Below, in pieces: positions 1-11,743 of a stretch of 64,000 bases of DNA. The notes under the pieces are model-generated. The model was not told where the DNA came from, ran no database searches, and saw only the letters and a list, made by a program, of their open reading frames with translations. Position 1 is the first letter of the stretch, and each line of letters starts with the position of its first letter. The DNA is from Paraspadella gotoi (taxonomy: Eukaryota > Animalia > Chaetognatha), in NCBI GenBank assembly GCA_051294375.1, contig CM119270.1, positions 6,751,279 through 6,815,278 on the forward strand. Direction: 5' to 3'. The position numbers were made by a program, and so were the translations under genes.

Positions 1-433
1 CAGCGAAAGGGGACGAAGGAAGAGAAGGGCGGGAGACTTGGGGTGGTGGAGATGGTGGTTTGAGGGGTTTAAGGAGATGAAAGAAGTGGAAAGAAAACAG
101 TTGGTCGGTGGGGTGAAAGCAGAGTAGGGTTGTAGCGGTAGTAATGACGTTGACTGCACGTCGCATCGTCTTTCAAAGAGTGACAAATATTTTCTTTCTG
201 GATAGAGTGCATGGAAACAAGAGTGACGTTAGTACTCGGCATTTCAGTCGGGATATAGCTAAAAATTGTTACCCGCTGCGCAGGAGGGAGCATGCTGATT
301 TAAGCGGTGGGTTGCGGTGAAGTGTGGAGCGGGCGTGACGCCGGAAACGTCAGTGGGTGTATGCAAGGTTAATCTTCTGCTTTCAGGGTCACGACATTCT
401 TGTCAAGAATTAACCTCGTGGCATAGCAACCTG

Positions 434-498
<65 letters not shown>

Positions 499-559
499 TA
501 TATTTGCTCTCTCTTTCTCTCTCTCTCTCTCACCTCTCTCCCTCTCTCTCACTCTGTCC

Positions 560-613
<54 letters not shown>

Positions 614-695
614 TCGCCTTCTTCTCCCAACCTCGATAAATTTCTCGATTTTCTCCTAAGCGTTCAGGACAAGACGACGACACTTTAGTTCTTCC

Positions 696-727
<32 letters not shown>

Positions 728-3700
728 TGACGACGACGACGACGGGACGACTGAATGACGACTGCGACCGGGGTGAGGTCATCATCACAATAAGTGAAAC
801 TCACCTTCAGAATGCTTCCTTTCGCAAAAACAAACCCAAAAAGTGAATCGGACAAATTCTAGTTTATTATGAGAATTTTATTTTTCACATCAAATAATGA
901 CAATGTAGCATACATCAGAAACAAAACTAAAGTAATAAATCAGAATTAAGACGTTAACGTGATCAAAATATAATGTCGACACCAAAACAACATTAATGGA
1001 ATAAACGACTTCACGAACAAAGGTATTCGTCTGTACAAGTTTCATTTTTACCTTGACTGACTTGACTTGACAGGCTGTCGTCGCATGTTGCCTAACTCGA
1101 TTGGATCTATCGAGCTCGAGTCCACAAATCTCACACTTTACTCTCACACTCTTAAAGACTCTAGTTGTCTCATGTTTCGTACTCAGTTAACATCGTGCTG
1201 AGCTCCTCGCACGTTTTCCTATGGCATACTGATATAGTGAGGGCTAAATTCTTTTCCACATATACATCTTTTTTGCTATGATTCATCCGAGTTTACCGTC
1301 TCTCTTTAACATCGTCATCAGTCGTCGCGTTTTCGTCATTGGCGGGGGCGGCACCGTCTAAGCGGCGGCTGAGGAGACAGCGGCAGCTGCCAGGGAAACT
1401 GCAGCAGATGCGACGGAGGCGGAGAAGCGCAGGTTGAGGCGGGCGCTGTTTGGTCTCTCATACCGAAATAGTCGTGGACCGATGTACGTCTGTCGCCATC
1501 GAAGTAAAACATTTCAACAGTTACGAGCGACGACGACGACAGACGACGACGAGAAAGACGACGAAGACAAAGTTGAAATAAAATTAAAAACAATTTTAAA
1601 GAAATTTGTTTATACTCTTTTGTTACTTTAATGCTTTTCTTTCCATCTTATTCAGGTCTAAACACAATCTGCAAAATGAACGATTTACATTTTAAGCGGA
1701 TACATTTTAATGTCAGTGAAATCTCAGCCACAAGAATGTCCGTTTCCACCGCAGCGGTTGAAAACATAAAAAAAAAAAACTTTACGAATTAAAAATTGGG
1801 TGAATCATTCTCGGACGCCGAACCATGATGGACTGGGAAGAGGTCAACCCTTTGTCAGTCGCAGAAGTTATTTAGGCGGAAGCGAAAAGGTCGAATTTAC
1901 GCGCGAAATCGTCGATGTCGTCATCGACGTCATCTCTTCACTCCCTCTGTCATCATTTTCGTCACGATGTCATCAACTTCATCGCTTCGGCAACTTCGTC
2001 GATTCCGCCGAAGAGACTTCGAGAATAAGGCGGCGCTCTCCGCGGCGTCGAAAGACGTCCCGGCGTCGTTCGACGTCGCATCACACGCCACGGCGTCGGC
2101 ACGTCGAGGAGAGTAATATCAAAAACGCGTCGGACATTTTGACGGAGGGCGCGCGGCGTGGATAGACGACGGATCCTAAGTAAACCGGACATTTTCCGAT
2201 CATGCAAGAGCAACTCACGCGGAAACGGTCGTGGCGAGAATGGCGGAAGACGAGGAGGAATTCGACTTCGTCAACGGCGATTCGAATCCAAACTGGATCG
2301 GCCGGATCGATTTAATAGAGACCGATGATCAATTTCGAAAATTCAAGGTTGACCTCGAGTGACTCAACACCCTGAGCTACTTGTCTTTTACGATCGAGTC
2401 AATGGAGAGAGGTTCTCTTGATTTTCGTATCCGATGACAGAAATGAATCGAGTCTGCAAAGCGAATCGCCGATCGTTATTCCATCTATCGGAATAAGACA
2501 AATTCGCCGTCAGAAACTCGGTCTTCAATATGCGCAAATGAAAAAGGCTACCCAACTCAATACGAAAGCAATCAATGCAAACTCCACTAGGGATCCAACA
2601 ATTTCAAGCAAAATGTCGGAAGCGTCTACCTTAAAATCTCTCTGGAATTGTTCTTATGTTCGAGAATCAAAAAGGATCCCAAAATAAAGATCACTCAGAC
2701 GCATCATAGAATTTCCCGATGGAAAAATTCTCCCAATGTACGCAACTGCAAATCCTTTCTAATCATCTCGCTATCGAACGCTACTGACGCGAACTCAAAT
2801 AGCGACCAACTCGCCGTCGTTGCAAACAAACAATGTCTAATGTGAAATCAATCGACCGTGACCATCTGCAATCGCTCAACTCCGTCGGTATCGATCCCCG
2901 ATCGATTCCGCTTGGCATCAGATGCCTTTTCCTTTTGAACAATGACTCGCATCTCCACTCGCGAAGCCTTTCCCTCTCATTCGAACTAATCACAAATCTC
3001 CGTTTCGCCCTTTCTCCTTCTCCCATCGCTCCAGCTCCTCGCCCTCTCGCCCACCTTCCTTCCATCGCCCCTTCCCTCTCCCAACCGCCCTCATGACCTC
3101 CGCTCCAACGACCACTCGCTTCTTCCCTCGTCGCTAAATCCTTCTCCGTCAAAGTGAATATCGTCTCTTCGCCCCTTCGTCCCCAGTTCCGCGTCGAGCT
3201 CCCCCTTCTGCTTCTTCCCCCACCCCTCAATGCAACCCCCCTCTCCCTCCTCCCCTCGTTCCCCCGCCCGAAACTCCGGTCTCGGCGCGCCCGAATTCTT
3301 TGTTTATCGGCGACTCTGACCGCTGACGGCCGCGGGTTCGCGATGGGCGCCCGGACGCGGCGCCGTCAACGCCGCTCCGCCGACGGCGTCATCGGCGGAG
3401 GGGCGTCGCTTTGCCGGCGGCGTTTCTGGAGCGACGCTGGGCGGACGGACGCTGTAACAAGAATCACGTGGTCGTCGTCGGCGCCGAAGCTGGAGATGGA
3501 GTGCCGAGAGCGAGCCAGACGGTGGTGTGGCAACAACACCCGACGATAAACAAAGGTGAGGGATGTAAGGGTTTCCGGGTGTTGGGAGAGTGAGATTTTT
3601 AAGAGTCGAATAGCTTGGTGAAGATAGGATCGAATCACTCAAGTCACGCAGGATTTTAAATAAGTTGTATTTTACGTTAGTTTCCCGGATTGAATAGTAA

Positions 3701-4152
3701 GCACCAGCGAGGGGCTAGAACGTTAAACGGCAGAGGTCAATGGTCACGTGGTCGCGAAGCGTTCGGAGGTCAGCGGGGCACGCGAGAGACGATCGTCGGG
3801 TGTCAAGAAGAGGCGTGGGCGTAAAGGATCTCGACGTTAGAAGGAAGTAAGCGATGCGCGGGATTCGGCATTGACACTTTCCTTCAAGTCCGTAAGCATT
3901 TTTGTACTATATGTAATATTATGTATGTATGTATACAAAAATTTTAGTGGATGCTCGTTTATAAGGAGATTGAAAAATATAAAATATGTAAATTATTTAA
4001 TAAAGTAAGAGTTTAAAATGTTAGATTGAGCCTAAAATAGAAAAAACTTAGGACCGTTAAAAACGAGAGATAAAAAAATTAGAAATGAAACATGAATAAA
4101 AAAAAAGTAAAAAAAATTTTACGTAAAAAACAGAAAATATAGCGCAAAAATA
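1..4152 (+). repeat. Indel-rich duplicate of 7105-11304 (includes a frameshifted copy of Ig exon 1)
   Basis: Collinear near-identity. Differences are mostly 1-bp indels that break ORFs intact in the other copy. Confidence 0.9.
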
Positions 4153-5647
4153 CAGCACGCTTTTTCTTACTCGAAAAAGTGAGGGAGTGGATATCTTCCA
4201 AACGAGGCGGTTGAATCAGCTCAGTTTGAGTAATAGATGCAGGAACGTAGGTTTATTGCCCGTTGAAGGATTTTTAAAATTCAAAAAAATTGCGCTCAGC
4301 ACCCCAAAAATTTTTTTTACAATATTTGCTCTACGCGTTTATTAATCGAAGCTAGTCCTATCATTTTTTGCTCATAACATACTCGAGACGCAGGCCTACA
4401 AATACTGATGTAATAAAACTTTTTGAATTAATTTATTTTTTTTGTTTTAAAAATTAATTCACTCAAAAAAAAATTCAAGAGTAATCTTAAAAGGTGCAAG
4501 GTAATTAATTCCATTTTTTATACAAAAATGATACTTTGAGAAGACCAGTTTAATAAAAAAAAATTAAATTTTAAAAATTATTTTAAATACCAAAATATTT
4601 TTTTGAAAATATAAAAATATATCATAGTCTTAAAACTAATTAAAATATTTTTAAAAATAATGGGTTTGAAAGAGGACATTATGCTGATCCAATCTGTTTT
4701 TGTTTTTTAAAATTTGATTATTTCGTTCCTGTTTTACAGGCTCATACATTTGAAAAAATTAAGAAAAATCACCCCTTTTTCAAACCTTATAAAAAACTGA
4801 ACGGGTCCATGGATTGAAAAAAAAAAATGAAATTAACTTTAAAAAAGTAATATCTCTTGCTATTAAAATTTTTAATGAGAAGAAAAAGATTAGCCAAAGA
4901 TATCAAAGGAGAAGTGGCATTATTTATTTTTAATGAAAAAAAGAATCAGATTTATCTTACCATGATGGAAAAAAAAAAGTGTCGCGGTTACTTACAGCTA
5001 TTTTCGGATTTTAAAGTAAAGAAGCGAAATAATCAGAGATCAAGGAAACATTGGCCTTTTGTGATTCATATAAGCTGTGTTTCATTTATGTATGACAAAA
5101 AAATACAGGAGTCCATGTAAAAGAAAATGCGTTGTCAAAAAAATGCTTCTTATTTTTATACTTTTTTAATATCTGTACTTTTATTTATACTCATTTCCGG
5201 TTCTTTTTTATTACTTTTTGAGTTTAACCCAATACTATTAAAAATCCCTGCCTTTTCTCAGTCTAATGTCAAATGGTTATTGCATATCTCCATAGGATAG
5301 ATTCAGGGATGAATCTCAATTCATATGTCAAAAAAAAGAGCAATATTAAAAATACATTGATGCTGTAGATGATATAGAATATTAATTTTAAAATTGTAAA
5401 GTATCAAAAAAAGTTGTAAGGTTTCCGGGTAACCTTTCTGTAAGCAAAGTGATCAATTTTATTTACCTTTGGATGTATTATCAGAATCAAATATCAAACA
5501 AGTCCAAAAAATAAAAAAATAAAGATTTTTTAAAAGTGAAAGACAATGAATTATCATATTATGCAGCAACAACTCAAGCCTGGTTTACTTTATAGAGGAT
5601 CAATCTTTTTCACTGTTGCTAAGAACTATGGTGACTAAAATCCACCA

Positions 5648-5843
5648 ACCGTTCATCAGCGGCCATTGGTGCCGGAGCAAGTCATTCGCCTCCCAACCCA
5701 AAGGTCCGGGGTTCTAGCCCGGTGGTCGTCTGGCAGTTAAGAGGACGGGGCGCTTAACCCGCTGTAACATGGTGTTACAGCCTGATCCGAAGCTCAGGGA
5801 CTGCTTATATGTGAACGGTTCTGTCACTAACACATAACATAAT
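5648..5843 (+). mobile_element. tRNA-derived SINE-like element
   Basis: tRNA-like head at 5659-5729 with acceptor-like stem GCGGCCA/TGGTCGT, A-box-like TGGTGCCGGAG, TCGCCTCCCA (resembles a Gly-CCC anticodon arm) and B-box-like GGTTCTAGCC in a CCGGG/CCCGG stem. Has a short ACATA-type tail and a diverged relative at 39.8-40.0 kb. Confidence 0.7.
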
Positions 5844-7559
5844 TACTGTCTCTTCATTGGTGAGCCGCGACTTCCGAACACATCAGCAACAACAACACTT
5901 TCAGGCGACATGCCTCAACCTGGGCGATGCACTTCCGCCCAACACATCAGCGACATGCCTCAACTGTGACGAACTTTCCCACCAACAACAACAATTCAAA
6001 TCCCCTCAGGGTGGGCAGTGGACACGGGCGAATAATGCATCCGATTTTCATCGTTAGTTATCGTAGTTAGTCAACAAGCTCGTAAATCTTTACTACTCTA
6101 TTAATCCATTCATTCATTCATTNNNNNNNNNNTTCATTCACTTATTTATTCATTCATTTATTCATTCATTCATTTATTAATCAATTTGGTCATTAATTCA
6201 TTCATTCTTTCTTTCATTCATGCGAATTGATTCAGTCATTCATTTATTAATTTATCTGTCTTTGTGTTGATTTCCTTCATTTCGTCCCTTTAACCCTTCC
6301 TTCCTTTCTTATTTCTTTCTTACCTTCTTTCCTTCCTTCTTTCCTCGATTCCTTCTTTCCTTCTTACCTTCCTTCCTTCCATCCTTCCTTCCATTCTCAC
6401 ACCCTTCTCCCTTCATCGCTCGATAAAATAAACAAGAGAAAGAATAAATGCTGAGGAAAAAATGTTTATTGGTTTTCGAGAAAAGAGCCGGAGTCAGTTT
6501 TCTCTCTCACCGAGAATTTCGGGTCTCGGTTTACTTTTTCTTTAAGGTTGCCAGGCGTTCGCCCGAAGGTTGCCACCCCTTTTTTTCGGTGCCTGGCCTC
6601 ATCCTTGTGTATTTTAACGAAACGCTTTTTTCTTTTTTTTCTCTCCTTGGATTTTAACGGATTTTTTTTTCTCCGATCAGATGGAAATTCCGAGGCCAGA
6701 TTCCGCCTGACTTTCGGCATCGGATCTTTTAATCTTGCGTATTCTTGATCCGTTGCCTTTCTTAACCAATCACTATGGATAACAACCCGCGATGAAATTG
6801 GTACCAATGTAACATATTATACATCGCACTTCATGTATTTACCATAATTCGAACGAGGCCATGACGGAAAGATAAATTAGAATTTATCAAACTTTGCCAA
6901 CAATACTGCATCCAAACTAAATTGTAAATACCATTAGCTAAAACGTTTGTAGAACTCTAAAAACCAGCGTCGCCATTTACTCTTTCTTTCGACGCCATCT
7001 TGATTTTTTCCTTCTGTTTTCTTTTTCTCCCCTTTTTTCTTTCCTTTTTCTAGCCTCCTTTTCCTTCTTTCTCTCTTCTCTCGTCTGGTGACAAAGTTGA
7101 ACCCCAGCGAAGGGGACGAAGGAAGAGAAGGCGGAAGACTTGGGGTGGTGGAGATGGTGGTTTTGAGGGGTTTTTAAGGAATGAAAAGAAGTGGAAAGAA
7201 AACAGTTGGTCGGTGGGGTGAAAAGCAGAGTAGGAGTTGTAGCGGTAGTAATGACGGTGAACTGCACGTCGCATCGTCTTTCACAGAGTGACAAATATTT
7301 CTTTCTTGGATAGAGTGGCATAGGAAACAAGAGTGACGTTAGTACTCGGCATTTCAGTCGGGGATAATAGCTAAAAATTGTTACCCGCTGCGCAAGGAGG
7401 GAGCATGCTGATTTAAGCGGTGGGTTGCGGTGAAGTGTGGAGCGGGCGTGACGCCGGAAACGTCGGTGGGTGTATGCAAGGGTTAATCTTCTGCTTTCAG
7501 GGGTCACGACATTCTTGTCAAGAATTAACCTCGTTGGCATAGCAACCTGAGATTTTCCT

Positions 7560-7621
<62 letters not shown>

Positions 7622-7681
7622 TATATTTCGCTCTCTCTTTCTCTCTCTCTCTCTCCCTCTCTCCCTCTCTCTCACTCTGTC

Positions 7682-7743
<62 letters not shown>

Positions 7744-7824
7744 CTTCTTTCTCCCAACCTCGATAAATTTCTTCGATTTTCTCCTAAGCGTTTCAGGACA
7801 AGACGACGACACTTTAGTTCTTCC

Positions 7825-7856
<32 letters not shown>

Positions 7857-8094
7857 TGACGACGACGACGACGGGGACGACGTGAATGACGACTGCGACC
7901 GGGGTGAGGTCATCAATCACAATAAGTGAAACTCACCTTCAGAATGCTTCCTTTCGCAAAAACAAACCCAAAAAGGTGAATCGGACAAATTCTAGTTTAT
8001 TATGAGAATTTTTATTTCACATCAATAATGACAATGTAGCATACATCAGCAACAAAAACTAAAGTAATAAATCAGAATTAAGACGTTAACGTGA

Positions 8095-8415
8095 TCAAAA
8101 ATATAATGTCGACACCAAAACAACATTAATGGAATCAACGACTTCACGAACAAAGGTATTCGTCTGTACAGTTTCCAATTTTACCTTGACTTGACTTGAC
8201 TTGACAGGCTGTCGTCGCATGTGCCTAACTCGATTGGATCTATCGAGCTCGAGTCCACAAATCTCACACTTTACTCTCACACTCTTAAAGACTCTAGTTG
8301 TCTCATGTTCGTACTCAGTTAACATGTGCTGAGCCTCCTCGCACGTTTTCCTATGCATACTGATATAGTGAGGGCTAAATTCTTTTCCACATATACATTT
8401 CTTTTTTGCTATGAT
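8095..8415 (-). CDS. Zinc-finger-like ORF fragment (C2HC plus degenerate C2H2)
   Basis: Reads KKCICGKEFSPHYISMHRKTC...KCEICGLELDRSNRVRHMRRQP. Could be an exon or a transposon remnant. A frameshifted copy lies at about 890-1282. Confidence 0.45.
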   Translation of the reverse strand: MIAKKKCICGKEFSPHYISMHRKTCEEAQHMLTEYEHETTRVFKSVRVKCEICGLELDRSNRVRHMRRQPVKSSQVKVKLETVQTNTFVREVVDSINVVLVSTLYF

Positions 8416-9055
8416 TCATCCGAGTTTACCGTCTCTCTTAACATCGTCATCGTCGTCGTCGTTTTCGTCATTGGCGGGGGCGGCACCGTCTAAGGCGGCG
8501 GCTGAGGAGACAGCGGCAGCTGCCAGGGAAACTGCAGCAGATGCGACGGAGGCGGAGAATGCCGCAGGTTGAGGCGGGCGCTGTTTTTGGTCTCTCATAC
8601 CGAAATAGTCGTGACCGATAGTACGTCTGTCGCATCGAAGTAAACATTTCAACAGTTACGAGACGACGACGACGACGACGACGACGAGAAAGACGACGAA
8701 GACAAAGTTGAAAATAAAATTAAAAACAATTTTAAAGAAATTTGTTTATACTCTTTTTGTTACTTTAAATGCTTTTCTTTCCATTCTTATTCAGGTCTAA
8801 ACACAATCTGCAAAATTGAACGCATTTACATTTTAAGCGGATACATTTTAATGTCAGTGAAATCTCAGCCACAAGAATTGTCGTTTCCACCGCAGCGGTT
8901 GAAAACATAAAAAAAAAAACTTTACGAATTAAAAATTGGGTGAATCATTCTCGGACGCCGGAACCATGATGGACTGGGAAGAGGTCAACCCTTTGTCAGT
9001 CGCGGAAGTTATTTAGGCGGAAGCGAAAAGGTCGAATTTACGCGCGAAATCGTCG

Positions 9056-10687
9056 ATGTCGTCATCGACGTCATCTCCTTCACTCCCTCTGTCATCATTT
9101 TGTTCCACGATGTCATCAACTTCATCTTCGGCAACTTCGTCGATTCCGCCGAAGAGACTTCGAGGAATAAGGCGGCGCTCTCCGCGGCGTCGAAAGACGT
9201 CCCGGCGTCGTTCGACGTCGCATCACACGCCACGGCGTCGCACGTCGAGGAAGAGTAATATCAAAAACGCGTCGGACATTTTGACGGAGGGCGCCGGCGT
9301 GGATAGACGACGGATCCTAAGTAAACCGGACATTTCGATCATCAGAGCAACTCAACGCGGAAACGGTCGTGGCGAAATGGACGAACGAGGAGGAATTGAC
9401 TCGTCAACGGCGATCGAATCCAAACTGGATCCGGCGGATCGATTAATAGAGACGATGATCAATTTCGAAAATTCAAGGTTGACCTCGAGTGACTCAACAC
9501 CCTGGACTTACTTGTCTTTTACGATCGAGTCAATGGAGAAGAGGTTCTCTTTGATTTTCGTATCCGATGACAGAAATGAATCGAGTCTGCAAAGCGAATC
9601 GCCGATCGTTATTCCATCTATCGGAATAAGACAAATTCGCCGTCAGAACTCGGTCTTCAATATCGCAAATGAAAAAGGCTACCAACTCAATACGAAAGCA
9701 ATCAATGCAAACTCCACTAGGGATCCAATCAATTCAAGCAAAATGTCGGAAGCGTCTACCTTAAAATCTTCTCTGGAATTGATCTTATGTTCGAGGAATC
9801 AAAAAGGATCCCAAAATAAAGATCACTCAGACGCATTCATAGAATTTCCGATTGGAAAAATTCTCCCAATGTACGCAAACTGCAATCCTTTCTATCATCT
9901 CGCTATCGAACGCTCTGACGCGAACTCAAATAGCGACCAACTCGCCGTCGTTGCAAACAAACAAATGTCTAATGTGAAATCAATCGACCGTGACCATCTG
10001 CAATCGCTCAACTCCGTCGGTATCGATCCCCGATCGATTCGCGCTTTGGCATCAGATCGCCTTTTCCTTTTGAACAATGACTCCATCTCCACTCGCGAAA
10101 GCCTTTCCCTCTCATTCGATACTAATCACAAATCTCCGTTTCGCCCTTTCTCCTTCTCCCATCGCTCCAGCTCCTCGCCCTCTCGCCCCACCTCTCCTTC
10201 CCATCGCCCCCTTCCCTCTCCCAACCGCCCTCATGACCTCCGCTCCAACGACCACTCGCTTCTTCCCTCGTCGCTAAATCCTTCTCCCGTTCAAAGTGAA
10301 TATCGTCTCTCGCTCCCTTCGTCCCCAGTTCCGCGTCGAGCTCCCCTCTTCCCCACCCCTCAATGCAAACCCCCTCTCCCTCCTCCCCTCGTCCCCCCGC
10401 CCGAAACTCGGTCTCGGCGCCCGCGGAATTTCTTTGTTTATCGCGACTCTGACCGTCTTGACGGCCGCGGGTTCGGCGATGGGCGCCCGGGACGGCGGCG
10501 CCGTCAACGCCGGCTCCGCCGACGGCGTCATCGGCGGAGGCGGCGTCGCTTTGGCCGGCGGCGTTTCGTGGAGCGACGCTGGCGGACGGACGCTGTACAA
10601 GAATCACGTGGTCGTCGTCGGCGCCGAAGTGGAGATGGAGTGCGAGAGCGAGCAGACGGTGGTGTGGCAACGACACCCCGACGATAA
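9056..10687 (+). CDS. 543-codon Ser/Arg/Pro-rich ORF of unknown function overlapping Ig exon 1 out of frame
   Basis: 1.6 kb stop-free frame that includes several hundred bp of non-repetitive, moderately AT-rich sequence. No recognisable domain. Confidence 0.45.
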   Translation: MSSSTSSPSLPLSSFCSTMSSTSSSATSSIPPKRLRGIRRRSPRRRKTSRRRSTSHHTPRRRTSRKSNIKNASDILTEGAGVDRRRILSKPDISIIRATQRGNGRGEMDERGGIDSSTAIESKLDPADRLIETMINFENSRLTSSDSTPWTYLSFTIESMEKRFSLIFVSDDRNESSLQSESPIVIPSIGIRQIRRQNSVFNIANEKGYQLNTKAINANSTRDPINSSKMSEASTLKSSLELILCSRNQKGSQNKDHSDAFIEFPIGKILPMYANCNPFYHLAIERSDANSNSDQLAVVANKQMSNVKSIDRDHLQSLNSVGIDPRSIRALASDRLFLLNNDSISTRESLSLSFDTNHKSPFRPFSFSHRSSSSPSRPTSPSHRPLPSPNRPHDLRSNDHSLLPSSLNPSPVQSEYRLSLPSSPVPRRAPLFPTPQCKPPLPPPLVPPPETRSRRPRNFFVYRDSDRLDGRGFGDGRPGRRRRQRRLRRRRHRRRRRRFGRRRFVERRWRTDAVQESRGRRRRRSGDGVRERADGGVATTPRR

Positions 10688-10693
10688 ACAAAG
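10363..10693 (+). CDS. Ig-superfamily receptor exon 1: leader peptide and first half of Ig domain 1 (start uncertain)
   Basis: The frame of ORF 10296..10697 reads GLGARGISLFIATLTVLTAAGSAMG (hydrophobic leader) then KNHVVVVGAEVEMECESEQTVVWQRHPDDKQ (Ig B-strand Cys, C-strand Trp). It ends at AG|GTGAGG (phase 2), matching the exon at 15212. ATG 10363 joins this frame only if one C is added near 10408, as seen in the copy near 3275. Confidence 0.75.
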
Positions 10694-10874
10694 GTGAGGG
10701 ATGGTAAGGGTTTTCGGGTGTTGGGAGAGTGAGATTTTTAAGAGTCGAATAGCTTGGTGAAGATAGGATCGAATCACTCAAGTCACGCAGGATTTTAAAT
10801 AAGTTGTGATATCAGTAGTATTAACGTTAGTTTCCCGGATTGAATAGTAAGCACAGCGAGGGGCTAGAAGTTAA

Positions 10875-10921
10875 AGGTCAGAGGTCAAATGGTCACGTGG
10901 TCGCGAAGCGTTCGGAGGTCA
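10875..10921 (+). promoter_or_regulatory. Nuclear-receptor half-site cluster (perfect DR1) plus E-box in intron 1
   Basis: AGGTCA-G-AGGTCA at 10875-10887, TGGTCA at 10890, CACGTG at 10894-10899 and AGGTCA at 10916. Motif match only. Confidence 0.3.
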
Positions 10922-11458
10922 GCGGGGCACGCGAGAGACGATCGTCGGGGTGTCAAGAAGAGGCGTGGGCGTAAAGGATCTCGACGTTAGAAGGAAGTAA
11001 GCGATGCGCGGGATTCGCAATTGAACTTTCTTCAAGATCCGTAAGCATTTTGTACTATATGTAATATTATGTATGTATGTATACAAAATTTTAGTGGATG
11101 CTCGGTTTATAAGGAGATATGAAAAAATATAAAATATGTAAATTATTTAATAAAGTAAGAGTTTAAAATGTTAGATTGAGCACTAAAAATAGAAAAAACT
11201 TAGGACGTTAAAAAACGAGAGATAAAAAAAATTAGAAATGAAACATGAATAAAAAAGAGTAAAAAAAATTTTACGTAATAAAAAGAAAATATAGCGCAAA
11301 AATATAAATAATAGAAAAAAGAAAATAAAAGAAGGAAATGAGAGAAAGAAGAGAGGAAATTCACACGATTAGCGAGGAAGAGAAACGATGAAGCGAATAA
11401 CAAAGGAATTCTCGAAAACACGAACTCAGAGTACTAATGAACAGCGAAACCGTTTCTC

Positions 11459-11505
<47 letters not shown>

Positions 11506-11631
11506 TTCTCTTTCTCTCTCTCCCTCCCCCCACAGACACGTTCAAAATACAAGCTGTTTTTTTCTCCTATTGAAACCAGGTAGAATAGGCTCAGGGGAAC
11601 CAACAACTTGCAATTGCCAAGACGGGCTCGC

Positions 11632-11743
<112 letters not shown>

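Noticed and set aside
5659-5729. Functional tRNA-Gly gene
   Set aside because: The D and anticodon stems do not pair properly, and the sequence continues into a body shared with a second dispersed copy, which fits a SINE better.
6466-6807. 113-aa Lys/Arg-rich minus-strand ORF
   Set aside because: It has no ATG start, no acceptor site and no domain, and much of it derives from T-runs.
9014-10277. Variant genetic code (TAG/TAA read as sense), suggested by in-frame stops at 9014 and 10275
   Set aside because: All nine Ig exons and the long ORF are free of internal TAA/TAG, so there is no general reassignment.
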